The notes under the pieces are model-generated. The model was given only the letters and a program-made list of their open reading frames with translations. It was not told the origin of the DNA and did not search any database. The position numbers and the translations under genes were made by a program. A stretch of DNA of 64,000 nucleotides from Phoronis australis (taxonomy: Eukaryota > Animalia > Phoronida). Where the stretch lies: assembly GCA_002633005.1 (NCBI GenBank), contig NMRA01000026.1, positions 552,434 through 616,433 of the forward strand, given 5' to 3'. Positions 45,799 to 58,937 of this stretch are shown piece after piece. Position 1 is the stretch's first letter; the number at the start of each line of letters is the position of its first letter.

Positions 45799-48265
45799 TG
45801 AAGTTCCCCATGTCAACCGTCTTTTCAGAACATGGTATTACTTTAATTTGTGTGTTGAACACATTGAGACCAGTTTATTAATAATAATAATAAGTGGCCT
45901 GAATAAATTAGATAGTAAGTTCCTCTTGACAGCAGATGGGTTTATACCATCTTCAAGCATCCAAGCATTTGGTTTTTACTCGAACATCATCAGTAGAACC
46001 AAACTCATCAGTTAGACGGAATTACTCTGCCGGTTAGAACCAGAATTGTCGAATAAATACAGGTAAATTGTTAGGAATACATACAGGTAAATTGTTACGT
46101 AAATACATGCAGTGGCAGTGGTGGTAAGTTTAAGGAAATGTTTGCATGTTTTTGTCGTCTAATCACAGCGTGATATCTATTTCACCGAGCATTCTTAATA
46201 GGCCGTGTTTCCTCTGTTCCATTAACATCAGTCAATTTTAGATCAATAAAACCACACGATCTGGAAAAATTACTACCTTAAAGTACTTCAAAGTGTGTAT
46301 TGATTTCTACATTTTTATCAAGCCCCATTGTAAAAAATCTTAAGCTGTGTTTGGATTAACAGATGTTGCTAAAAGTAGAAACAGTGATGAATTCAGAGAC
46401 CTTGATGCTTTTCCTCCCTGCATGTCAAGGATATAACCATAGGGGGACGTAGGTGGCGTCGTCCCCTCTCATTTTTACTGTTGGGGATCGCTTGCCTTTG
46501 TAAAAATCCATGTCCACCATATTGTAGACTAAATTTAATTTATTTTGACTTTGTTTCACGTCTACATCTTCTTGCATTAGTAAGTAACAGCGTTTTTGTG
46601 TCATGTTCATCCTTGTGTCCTTGGGGCCCTGCCCTTATTTTTATGTCTAGGTCTATCCTGCGTGTCACCCATATGCAAATACCTTGAGCGTACTTGGAAA
46701 AAAATGCCGCGTGTTCTAGCACAGATTCCGTGTGGAGACACTTGTACAATATTACATAATATTCAGTACATTGTACAGAGTCTTGTAATGGACATCACAA
46801 GACAAATAATTTAAACTTCGAGAGGGATTAAACAGTTTTTCCTTATGTTTATTTATTTATTACATTCAACAAAATTATACCCCATGGCTGTTTTTGAGGG
46901 GTTCAAGGGGATGTGCCCCCCTAGGGTTCTCCCAGTACTGGTACTAAAATTACCATATGGGTATTCATGTACTAGATTCCTGTGCAGCATTTTACATAAA
47001 TACATTTGTTGCTTTGTAAGAGTTAGTGTTGCCTGTTAATAATTTAAGGAGTCAAAATGCCAGACGTACTTTGGGACAAACAATGTTATACCACTGTTAT
47101 GATTTCCTGATTTCCTCTGGCTCAAATTTGCTCATCTACCCCTGGCACTTGAACTATTAATTATATGATATAGTTTACTATGGAAACAATACAATAACAC
47201 CACATTCATGACATAGTTATGGCCAGAAAGCTGATTTTCTATCAAAAATTTCGACAAAAGTATTCTTATATGAATGAAAGTCACTTTATAGCCTTCAACA
47301 AGGTTTGTATGCTCCGTAGTGATCAACTTCAGCACATGGCAACATTGTGAATATTAATGTAGCCAGATTAGTAAACCTTTGAAAGATAAGAAAATTGGTT
47401 TTGGCACTTATTTGCAAAATCTTATCACTCCCAAAGTATCCTAGATTTCTTTCATTGATTTTTACACATTTATTGTTGGCTATTTCTGTTTGATTGAGTA
47501 CATTTCTGTTTAATCCACAACTAAAGTATATTGAGTAAGAATCACATCTGTTTTTGTAACTTCTTAAAATTTGTGTGAGATGCGGAAGCCATTTCAGGAG
47601 TATGAGGTTGAAAAGGTTCGGCTTGACCTTAATGGCACTTTCAACATGTAAACTAAAGATTCGGCAATAAATTTTTGAAAACAATCTACAAGATACAGTT
47701 CAGGTACAATGATTTAACAAAACTGTAATTTTTGATACACGGAAATTTGGACATCGCATTTTGTGACAAATTTAGGAAGCAGATTTGGCGGTTCATAAAA
47801 TCATAGAAAACTGCCGCCAACTAGTTTTCGTGCATCCATATTGTGCATAATATTTAGGTGAATGAATGTTTGTTGTAGATCGTAATTGTTAAATTTGGGA
47901 CTCGCAACATTGTCTATTTGAGGAAAAATAATTGTTCACTGTCCCAAACTAGGGAATTGTTACATTATTTACTTACAACAGAGCAGCTTAAGAAGTAAAC
48001 AATTTTGTTTCTTAAAAAATCATACCAAAATCACTCTTCTGTTGCTAGATGACTACAGTAATTTCTCACTTGCTTCAATCTAAAATAATTGTTAAAATTT
48101 TCAAATTATTTATTTTTCAAATGCAAATAATCGTGCAGCAAACAAGGGAAACTTACCCAACTGCTGTTTAGCGTCATCTAAACTGTGTTTGGTACTCCTT
48201 ATGACTACTGGCTGAACTGTCAGTCCAGGGAGAAAATGATCAATGAACACAGGAACTTCACTTAA

Positions 48266-48307
48266 TTCTCGTTTGATGAAAACTTTTAAATTTTCATCAA
48301 ACGAGAA
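48266..48307. repeat. Perfect 17-bp inverted repeat with 8-nt spacer
   Basis: TTCTCGTTTGATGAAAA-cttttaaa-TTTTCATCAAACGAGAA. Confidence 0.95.
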
Positions 48308-49145
48308 AATTTACAACAGATGTCAAATTGCTTGCAAAGTGAAGGAAAATCGATTCAACAACATTTTTTTTAACTGAACCACTGGTCACAGGTTTCTCAT
48401 GCTATGTAACATAATTTATGTGCTGTAATTTTCCACCTAGTTGCACAAAATAAATGCATTTTCTTGAGAATTGGAAAGGTGGAAGAGGGCCTAGGGGGAG
48501 GGGGAGGGGGAGGGTTGGTTGTGCCAAATAAACTGAATCTACAGACCTCTTATTTGACTATTTGACTATTTGACTGGTGTGAGAAATTAGGTGAATAACC
48601 AACCATTGCCAAAGGCACTGTGAAATGCGACTAATGATTTGCCTACATAATCCAATTAACAGTAAGTTACTTTATCCTTTTCCAATGAGTGAACACCTCG
48701 TCATTAGTGAAACACTCGTTAGACCATTTGACTATGAAGTCGCTGTCCCATTAAAGGCAAAACTTCGCTTTCCTGAAGTTTTGGTTGGTGGGAAAACTTA
48801 ACTCCGGTAGTTCATCTGCAAGAGAAACTTTCCTAAAAATAGTAGGATTTAAAAGTGGAGCTTTGGTGCTCACCAAAGCTTCAGTGTAGTGGGAACAGTC
48901 AACGCAAAACTTCGTCAATGTTATCCATAGATGTCGTGTCAACGATATACGATCTCGATCTCGCGAAATGTTTTCTTTGTTATTGTACCATAGCTGACAT
49001 GCTCTCAATAGCGGATTTGCAGTGCAGACGAACTACGCATTGCGCATGTGCGAGTTACTTCCTTCGCGAAGGCTCATGGGATAGCTTGTGGTCAGGCATG
49101 TCTTGAGCAGGCTGGATAGTGTGTGCATTTGGAGTGATTTGCAAA

Positions 49146-50403
49146 CTAAAAACCATGTTTCATTTTTTGCTTTATAATACCAAGCAAGTCCTCTCTCTCG
49201 TTTGTAAACACAGCGTAGCTATGATCAGTGACCGTGTGACCGAGAGCACGACTGTCGCCGTGTTCAGTATTGGGGTTATCGGCGTTGATTTCGAAATCTC
49301 CTCCTATTTCAGACAAGTTGAGAGTTCTTAGGTTGCTTAACTTTTGTAGCTTTCGTCGTGGATATGCTAGAGACGTTAATTTTAAGTGAAAACTCCGTCG
49401 GAATGTTGTTCTCATAAGTCTTTTTTCCACCAGGAAAATGTTCGCTGCACACACGATGGCCCCTAGGCAATTACATCGCACTGGATGCCGCAGGCATTCA
49501 GGGGCGATAGTACATCCTCACAAAAAGTTACTCATTTCAAAATACAGCAAATAAAATCAAATGAACCCGGCATACATATAGGAACACGGAGTTATAATTA
49601 ACACATACCACGACTCTGGATACAATTTAGTCAGCAAAACTTGAACGAATCGATGAAAATCTGTCGCGGTTTGTTCGAGTTTCTCTCAGTCACGGTTACC
49701 GGGTGCCATTTTGAGGAAGTTACGTGAAATTACGCATGTTGACGAATAAAAAGTCCAAGGGACACACATCTTACAAGTTTCACCCGATACCTTCTCATGC
49801 TATTTTATAAGTGTCGCGCGCTAGCGTCACGCGCTTCGCTCAGTCTAACCTTGCGCCTAACTCACGGGATTCAGTTGACATGCTTTGTAGTTATCGCGCA
49901 CGCGGTGATAAAATTAACGGCAACCAAAAAAGTGGAGTTGTAATTCTTCGCCAAAGTCAACTTAATTGTCACAACTAAGCTTCATTAAAGATATGTATAG
50001 AAGTAGAAAGGACCAATGATGAAAGTAAGCGTTTTTTAAATGATAGTTTTAAGTGTAGAGTGTATTTTTGACGAGGTGAAAACTCGAAATCGGTAACCCA
50101 AATCCGGTCACGGCCCGTTTAAAATACACTGGAGTAACGAAATGAGTACAGAAAGCGAATGGAAGTATTGTAGCCCCTACATGGCCAACCGAGGGGCTAC
50201 GTGTTGCCTACTAGATGGCCCCGCGTTCGTTTGAATGCGCTAAATTTCCCCTTACTCCCAGGTCTCCTAATGTTGTTTATTCATTTTTCACGAAGTTCTT
50301 GGTTTGCAGGGAACACATACAAACTCAGATTTTTATCTCTCTTGTTGTTTTTGAAGCAGCCAGGAACACAAGTGTATCCGCTGTAAGTTTTCTTCGCGCT
50401 CAT
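49146..50403 (-). pseudogene. THAP zinc-finger (transposase N-terminus) pseudogene split by an insertion
   Basis: MSAKKTYSGYTCVPGCFKNNKRDKNLSLYVFPANQELREK*INNIRRPGSKGKFSAFKRTRGH (50403-50214) continues in frame after the insert as RVCSEHFPGGKKTYENNIPTEF (from 49454). DHSY motif at 49226-49215 after a frameshift. Confidence 0.85.
49464..50213. mobile_element. 750-bp non-autonomous insertion with TAG...CTA ends and 9-bp TSD (AcademH- or MULE-like)
   Basis: GATGGCCCC is duplicated at 49455-49463 and 50214-50222. Ends TAGGCAA... / ...TTGCCTACTA. Hairpin GTAGCCCCT..AGGGGCTAC at 50170-50200. Confidence 0.8.
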
Positions 50404-51859
50404 ACCGCGTATTATGCTTGTTACTATGGCCGCTTTCGGAATCCTGACCACAGCACCCACAATGCACCATTTTAACCTAATTTCAATATGGCGTCGCTGC
50501 AAATCCGCTATTGACACACATAAATAAATAAAGAAAACATATCTGGTGAAGAATGACACTGATTATTTTTATAAATTAACACTCATAATTGGCTAGAGCA
50601 CACTTTTCAGTTAACCTCGAATCCACTATTCAATATTCGTTTGAGAGTATGAATGAACTGCGTCATCTGGTATCTTAGCGATAACTTCGATATCACTGTC
50701 TAGCCGAAACGGTAAATAAAGATTCGGTGAAGCTTCGGTAAACCGAAGTTACCCTAATTGGAAAGCGACCTTAGTGACATAACCCTCATTCAGGTCACTC
50801 CTTTCATCACTTGTAAACAACAGTATGAGATAACCCCACATCAATGATTGAAAGAAGTTATTAATGTAGGATGTTCACTTCTTATTAATACTGTTAAAAG
50901 GGTGCTTATTACGAGAATTAATGTCAAGGTTGGCTTTGCATTCACATTTCTTGAAATGCAAACCTGACTGTGCGATTTGGGTGAGGCAAGGATTTCCATT
51001 CAGCAGCCTCGTGTGAAATCAGTGAGGGATTTTTGTTGTCTGAAATCAGATGAGTGTGTTAGATATTTGGAAAGTTACCGTAGCTAGTTTTATTGGGAAC
51101 TCACTTCTTAGGAGAAAATAGTCTAAATGAAAGGTTACTGATTCTTAGTTGTCCAAAGACTTGTGAGGACTGCTCTGTTATCTGCTGAATACCAAAATTC
51201 AGCCTTGAGTGGTTGCAGCACTAATTGTGAGGTATGAACTTTGTTTCAAGTTTAGGGAATTTCCAGTTTCCTTATCTTCAAGAGTCATGAATCCATTCAC
51301 TTCAATCAGTCATGATTAAGAATGTTAACATTAATTGAATTAGACTTGGTGGTAAATCTTTCAAGTTTTGCTAATGTTGAACACAGGTGTTAAGGAATTT
51401 GTATTAATGGGAGGCTGTGCATTTTACTTTTTTCTGTGTATAGTTAAGGTTTTCAATGACTTATTTCTTAAAATGAAAATTTTGGGTAAATCTGCTAATT
51501 TCACCCAAGGATAGTCTCATTTTATTCAGATTTCCAAGTAATATTTTGTAATTTCTTGTCCAGAAATAGCCCACAAACAGCAAACAAAACTGCGATGTTT
51601 TAGTTTATGTTCCTGTCCGTTCATTCTAACCTGGATGTTTTAGGTCTACCTCAGTATATTTGGAGTTCCCTCGTGGATTTTCATCAAATGTGACNGTATC
51701 TGTGAGGTTTGCTATGCATTTTGTCTTTTTTATTTTTAGAACTGAGACAGAGAAGAACTGTGAAAATGTCAATGAGAAATGTTTCACGTCTCTCAATAAA
51801 GCTCTTTAAAAAGATGTAACTCCTCTTGACTTGCCAAGCACTCACAGTGACAACAATTT

Positions 51860-52013
51860 TGTACTAGAGAGACGACGCTTTCCCAATTTCGACCGGGTTT
51901 GACGTATTTTGCGTCATTTAATGGCCATTTTTATGGTACTTGACATACCTTTAGAAGCACACCATTTGCGTTGCAGTCGTGGGCGCATATCAACGTTCTG
52001 AGTTGCTCTTTTT
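51860..52013 (+). mobile_element. 3' part of Helentron/DINE-like element (family of 2614)
   Basis: Shares GACGCT..GACGTA.TTTGCG.CA..TA.TGGCCATTTTTA with 2930-2996; GTGGGCGCAT (51979), short stem-loop and T-run. Confidence 0.65.
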
Positions 52014-54319
52014 TAATATTCGAACGTTGAGATTAATTTTTCATGACAAGTGAAATTGGGGTTGTGGTCCAAAAATCTTGATTCGTCTGTTTCTGAGTAG
52101 ATTTTAATAGTACTGAGTGTCATAGTGCCTTGTTATTGCAAAATATACATTTGATGATAAAGTAAAGAACTGGAAAGTGGGAAGATTACACATTTTATTC
52201 TTATTTATTTATTTATTGACAAGCCTTTCCCACTAATATTGACATTTTGGTGCTTGGGGAGCTTAGATCAACGGGAACGCTTAAATTTTCTTAAGTTAAA
52301 ATCACCGATACAGTGGCAGATCTAATGACTTTGGTGTCGTTAGAAATTTGTAAATATTCTGTTGAAATATTTGCTTTCTGTGACTATTAGTAATTCATTT
52401 AAGTTATTATCTAAGTATATAACTTCTCTTCATATTAAGGAATTAGATTGTACTTCTAACTTTATTATCGCAACAGTACCTTCCGATAACTTAACTGATC
52501 GTCTGGTTGTTTGTCAATAACAACTCTGTGACGTTAGTTTATTAGTGAAGTTCAGGGATATTTCAGTTGATTTGACTGTGGATGTCAACTTACTTCTCAG
52601 TGGTAAAGGTTCTTAAAAAGAAAATTTCCCCGTAGTTTTAAAAATAAGAAATTTCTTCAATGAAGCACATACCTCCCAGTTATCTTAAAAGAGGATCTTT
52701 GTCTTATTAACAAACATAATTTATTGTGTTTTATTAGTAAACATAATTTACAGCAATTCACCTCTTTAGTACACAACATGGTGATGAAGTGAAAATTACT
52801 TTTGTCAGATTTCGCAAAAAATAAAGATCAAAGTTTCATTCTATCATTAATTTGCATTGTGCAGATGCTATAAAACATCATTTGGTATTTTTGGCAATTT
52901 CCAGCAAGGCACAGTGAAATCGACCAATTTTGGACAAAAGTAACGGGCATAATTGGCTTATTTTTGTTTCTGAAAGGCTCCCAGCATTGTTGTGAATACC
53001 CACAGCTTCTGAAAACATTGTCCGCTGTTAGCTATTGGATACAAGTCAAAACTTGCAGAGCCTTCATTTTGTATTACATGTCTTAAGAAAAATGGAAAAC
53101 GAAATTTCATTTGTCTGTGTTCTATATTGGTAAGACTTTACTGTATCAGCCTTCGAAACACTGAAGGAAATTAAAAGAAGAGTTGCCATACCATATTCAT
53201 TGGGTTGGGCTATTCATAATTCATATGGGGTAATAAAACAATTGTTTTCTCAGTCAGGTCCATAATTCCTTTGTTAATCTGTGTTCAATTACATGGTCTA
53301 ACCTGGACAGTTGTATAACTAAGAGCACCCTCCACTAAGAACTACTTTCATTGATCTTGCTTATCAATTTCAAAAGGGTTATTTTGTGCGAATGACACCT
53401 ATGATTAACAACCATTAGAAAAATTTTGAGTCACTAGGTGTATTAGTTGCATTAGAAGGTTGTAAGGATGACTAACATTCTTGAGATAATACACTTGATG
53501 GCACTGCTATGATAGATGCACTGTACAGACATTTCCCACATGGGAATTAATGTCTATAGTCGTTAGTACACTGGTATGCTTTAGTATTTCCACAGACCTT
53601 CTGTTATTAAATTCTGTGACGCTAAAGGGGAAAAATTTAGGTTTTTGCTGGGGGAAAGTCGAGGTTTTTCCGGGTTTGTAATTACAAAAAACAAACTCAG
53701 TTGTCTTAAAGGCACGTTCATGCTCCAGTTGCTGTTCCAGTGGACCTTTATGAATTGTGCGTGCTCCATTGATGTAATGCATTCGACCCAGCTACCAGGT
53801 TTCCATCTTAATTCCATCCAAATACTTAGTTACTCTGGTAATATTTTGAAAGCTTCCTCTTCTGTGTTTCACATAGTGTTACATGTGCCTATTTCAAGGT
53901 ATAGACACAGTTAGGTCTAATTACAGCACTGTGGAGAGTGTGGTTCTTTTCACCTTTGAAATGAATTAATTAATTAATTTAGAAAGCACCTGCTGGTACA
54001 AACCCTTTTCTTTACTCAAGATTAAGGGCACACTGGGAGGGAGGTTAGTTCAATTAGCTTGGCAATGAACACAAGGTTTAAACCTAGTTCACAGGACTGT
54101 TGGGAGACACTGTTCCTCAAGAGTTACCCAATAACAGCATGTGCACTAGCAATGTTGTAATGCCAATTAAAATTTACATTAAATCTTGTTCAGTTAAAAC
54201 TTGCTTCCCAGCTGTTTCAGCTTTAGATGTCTCAATATGAAGATAGGGCGCTAACTCCTCAGAACAAACTATAGTAGAATACTGAACTGCATGTGAGCAG
54301 TCAAACTGGGGCTTTAGTA

Positions 54320-54697
54320 TAGTAAAAGTTCTCCAGTTTGGGACAGTGTCCAAAGTTCAGGACACTGAAATGCAAGATGAAATTTGAGAAATTGGTGATA
54401 ATTAGGTAATATTCAACTCAGTATCTCGCACTTTCACCTAACACAAGGAGCACACTTTTCAAGATGAATGTTTTACACAAACCTGTGAATGGCATTTTGG
54501 CCATGCCACTGTTCTCAAAACACACTAAATACCTGATATGCGAACAATTTCACCTGTTGAATGTAGCTGAATTTTCCTAGGCATAGTATGAAAATCTGTG
54601 ATTTCCTGTCAGCATTTTCCTTATATTTTCTTAATTACTATGCTAATTAATTATCAATCAGTGTGGAGCCTCATTTGAAACACGACAATTTTTACTG
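54320..54697. mobile_element. TA-flanked MITE related to 1709-2041
   Basis: TA|TAGTAAAAGTTCTCCAGTTTG ... ACAATTTTTACTG|TA. Confidence 0.55.
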
Positions 54698-55458
54698 TAC
54701 AACTTGAATTATTTATTCTGACAAATACGAAATCAAAAAAGCAAAAGAAGAGTCACTATTTAAACACATGTACCATATATCCCAGTACAATAGCCAGGCT
54801 AGTTATGCAAGTTAGTTATATGCATGCATTCTCACTTTGAATTGAAATTGTTTTTCTTCGCTCACAATAGTGCCTATGGTATCTCTGCATATTGCTAGTT
54901 TCTCACATCTGTTCATGAAAAAATAAAATAAACAAAAGAACACTTACTGCCTTTACTGAAAAACCTTGAGTATTGTTGTTCTCAATTTCCATTGTTGTGT
55001 TTCAAATAGTCTGATTGTAAGCAGCGTCACTTTTTCAATTGTATTGATTAACGAATACATTTTATGTAATTTGAACTAAGTGCTAATTTTCTCTGCCAAA
55101 AGCGGGGAGTTCATTGAAGTTCCAGTTGTGTTTTACACACTTAAATCAATAAGGGAGTCTTTTTTCTTCAAGGTAAATTAGTCGTCTCTTCAATACCATT
55201 AGGCAAATTAATTTGCACCTGTGTCAACAGACGGAAATTTCATGGATATATTTGTAATGTTGAACTTCAGTTCACTTTTGGGTTTGTGTGAAATCATCGA
55301 TTTTTCAGAATTCTATGGTTTGAAGTTAACAAAACTCTTTGTTAAAGTCAGGTGATTCTTACATTTTGAATTGTTCTCCTTGTTTTTTGTCAACGAATAA
55401 TAGGTCGTTGTTAGATGCTATTGACTGTTGCCGTAGACAGACAGTAGACAGCTCTAGG

Positions 55459-55500
<42 letters not shown>
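55459..55500 (+). repeat. (CA)n microsatellite
   Basis: CACACATACACACACA... Confidence 0.98.
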
Positions 55501-55503
<3 letters not shown>

Positions 55504-58030
55504 GGATGTCTATCCAGGGGTCCATTTCACACCATTATATATTCCACCTAAGTGGGACATTTGTTCCCAGAGTAGCTACATGTTGAAGGCCTTAAGTCAC
55601 ATTTATATACACAGACATGTTGCAGCTAACATGGAACAGCTGATTGGATGCATGTAAGTGACACAGCAGTGGCCAGAGTTTGACACCGGTTTTGGTTTTG
55701 AGAGGTAGAGCGGGTTGCACTTGAGCAGTTGATCCAGTTTCTACACACATCTAAACACAAGTGGGGCGGGGGGAAAGGGATCATCTTTCGGTGGGCTTGT
55801 GTAGTAGCGTATATACGGGTGATCTGCTGGCATTCTACGTGGTTTGGGCATTCGCTAGTATTAATCCGAGCACGCGCAGACAGTCTTCGTGTAAGTGACT
55901 CATGCTGATCCAGTTTGCGATCTAGTGTTGTGTAAATGCAACTGAAGTGGAGCAAGTCGCACCGTGACAACTGACATGGTGACAACTGTCTCTCATGTAA
56001 AAGCGGCTTTAGTGTCCTCTCTTGTTCTCCTGTATTTACCCACAATGCAAGACCACAGTGGATTCATTTCTCCAACATACACTTCTGCCTAATCAGTTTT
56101 ACAGCAAAATTATTTCGGTATTTATCATTCTAATTGCCAGTGAAGGTAAGCAGAGGCTTTATAGTGTTTGACACTGGAAACAAGTGCTACTTTATTGACA
56201 GTAAAATGCTGCAAAGAGCGATTTTGAAATGTACTAGTCATCGAGGGGCTCAGAGAGAGGCTCTGGGCCGTGGAATGTTATGTTGCAAGACAGAATGACT
56301 GAGAAAACTGTTTTCCATCTACTCAAAGTGATAAATAGCAAGAGGTGTCTTACTTACATCAATTACTTTTCCTGTCGTGGGAAGAATGTTGATGAACGCT
56401 AATTATAAATATTGAAACCAACAATACACTGTTTTGATGTAAATAAATACACAATGCAGTCATTTTAACTCACTTTAAGCTAAACCTAATGCTTCAGGTT
56501 GAGTGAACAGTGATAACCTGAGAACCCTCCTTCACGCCTTAAGTGTTGGAGCCTGAATATCACACTCATTCTTCAAGTGAAAATCACAAAAAATAGCCTT
56601 TAAAAGGCCAGAAAGTTCCCTCTAATGATAAAAAAAATTCCCGGGTACTCTTGTTTTTGAGGAATGCAAACACTCGCCTAGAGGTGAGTTTCCACTCGTA
56701 GGATAAAATTCTGCCAGCAGGTGTCACTGGCAACTTTCCCCAAATTAGTACGCTAATGAGGTCCCTGTATACATACTGTTTGTAAAAATGAGCTGCCTCT
56801 TTTCAAAACCATGTACCCTAACCGTCGCTGTATGTAATTTATTCTACAGTGAATACCAGGACAGAATTTTTGGCTCAGTATTGTATTGAATATAGTCTGT
56901 CAAAAAGGAAAATTTGAAATATATCCCTTGAAAAATGTCTGAGCTAGCCAAAGACAGCTGTTATAAAACCTAAATACTGTAGTTATAGTCGTGCTACATG
57001 CGCAAAACCTAATGCTGTACACCAATCAAACGTTGAGAAAAAAGAAAGTGTTGGTAATCCTAAGAGTTTCTACTACCCAGTGTTAAACACACATTATCGT
57101 TTTTATTGACAAAACTACGTTTTTGAGATTATTTTTGTATGGGATGGAATTCTTGAGTTATAAACAACAAAAAAACATTTGAATAACTTTAAAATACTTT
57201 GCTATGTTATACGTGGGGTTTCGCTTGGCAGCAGACTGTTCACCTGCTATGGCTAGCTGGTGAGTTCGAATTCTGCTGTTTTGGGTAAAATTACACTGTA
57301 GTGTATTATTTTGCCATCTTTCTGGTCATTCTTGAATTTGGGATGGTCAGTATTGCCTGTTTCTAAAAATTTGGGAAAAGCTCTGGCATTCATCTAAATA
57401 ATTAATTAATTTTCTCTGTCCCAAATTGGAGAATTTTTACCGTAGTTTTCTCTGAGAATGTTCGTTTTAAGTCCAGTGATGTTGTCAAGATTAAAAATAT
57501 CCAAGTTTAAAAATATCTACTCCATATGATATGATATTCTGCTGATACTATGTTATGGTATGGTATGGTATTTCACTTATAATGTCTACTCTTCAGCGCT
57601 ATTACTACCAATGCATTGTCAGCTGTGACGCATCACCACAATTTCATAAATGTTCACCTTATGGTAGAGTATCATATCAAAGGATATGTATCACAAAAGA
57701 TTTTTTGGCAAGAGATGACAGTATGACACTAATCTTGTTAATAGAAACTTTGTGTGTTTAAATTTTAGGTAGGTAAATCATGAAGCATGGTTTATGTTGA
57801 ACATAACCCTCTTAAAACAGTTCCTTGGCACGTCATTCAAATTATGATAGCGCCTTGAGATTGCGAAGACAGATACGCGCTAGTGGATGGGCTTTTTGAA
57901 TTGTATTACACGATGATGCGATGATGCGTTTCTAAACTGTAGACTCTTAATGCATAACCCAGTTGGCAATTCAGGGTTGTGTTCTGTGGAGCAATTTTTT
58001 GTGAGAAAACAAGATCATGCAAGCATTCGT

Positions 58031-58229
58031 GAGCTATCGCCATGTGTTAGAAGGCGAGATATCGCCATAGATTAGGTGAGATATCGCCATGTATTAGGAG
58101 GTGAGATATTGCCATGCATTAGAAGGTGAGATATTGCCATTCGTTAGAAGGTGAGATATCGCTGTGCGTTAGAAGGTGAGGTATCTCCGTGCGTTAGAAG
58201 ATGAGATATCTCCATGCATTAGAAGCTGA
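58031..58229 (+). repeat. Minisatellite, ~8 copies of a 25-bp unit
   Basis: Consensus GAGATATCGCCATGCATTAGAAGGT. Confidence 0.93.
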
Positions 58230-58374
58230 ATGCTATTTCTATTAGCTTCATTAGTGACTTGGAACCTGCCCCAGAACATGTATACAGCTGTATTTGTACA
58301 CGGTTTATTCTGTGATGTTGCGGTGATACATTGCGTTTCCCCGGGACTACATTATTAGCTAGTACTGTAAATTT

Positions 58375-58937
58375 TTGTGTCTGAGGACTCTATTAGCCAA
58401 ACGTTGTGACAAATTCATGTCTGAAGACTGCATTTCGCAAAATATTGTGAAATAATCTAGTATCTGAGGACTCCATTATTAACAGAAGATTGTGATACAT
58501 TCATATCTGAGGACTCATGAGCAAAATATTGCAGCATACTCGTGTCTGAGGGTCCATGAATGAGCAAAATACTGTGGTGTATATCCATTAATCACATGTC
58601 TGAGAGTCCATTATAAGCAAAATACTGTGGCGTTTATTCATTATTCACAAATTATTGTGACATTTTCATGTCTGAGACTCCATTATAAGCAAAATACTGT
58701 GGCGTTTATCCATTATTCACATGTCTGAGACTCCATTATAAGCAGAATACTGTGGCGTATTTTCATGTCTGAGACTCCATTATAAGCAAAATACTTACGT
58801 AGAACTATGTCTGACGATACCATTATTCACAAAATATGACGTTTTCATATCTGAGAATTCCGTTATTTAGCGAAATGCTCCGACATATGTCTGAGGACTC
58901 CATTATTCGAAAAATGTGGTATTTTCATGTCTGAGGA
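58375..58937 (+). repeat. Degenerate ~41-bp tandem array
   Basis: Recurrent CATGTCTGAG(G)ACTCCATTATAAGCAAAATA(C/T)TGTG. Confidence 0.88.

Larger units (their letters stand above)
49010..50509 (-). mobile_element. Internally deleted THAP-bearing DNA transposon (ISL2EU/Harbinger-like), AT-flanked
   Basis: AT|AGCGGATTTGCAG ... CTGCAAATCCGCT|AT. Contains a THAP pseudogene on the minus strand. Confidence 0.8.

Noticed and set aside
48487-48514. G-quadruplex-capable G-runs (also about 60838-60857)
   Set aside because: Simple G-rich tracts common in repeat remnants; no functional context evident.
50170-50214. Helitron 3' end (hairpin + CTAG)
   Set aside because: Not at an A|T site, no 5' TC start, and a perfect 9-bp TSD argues for a DDE-type insertion.
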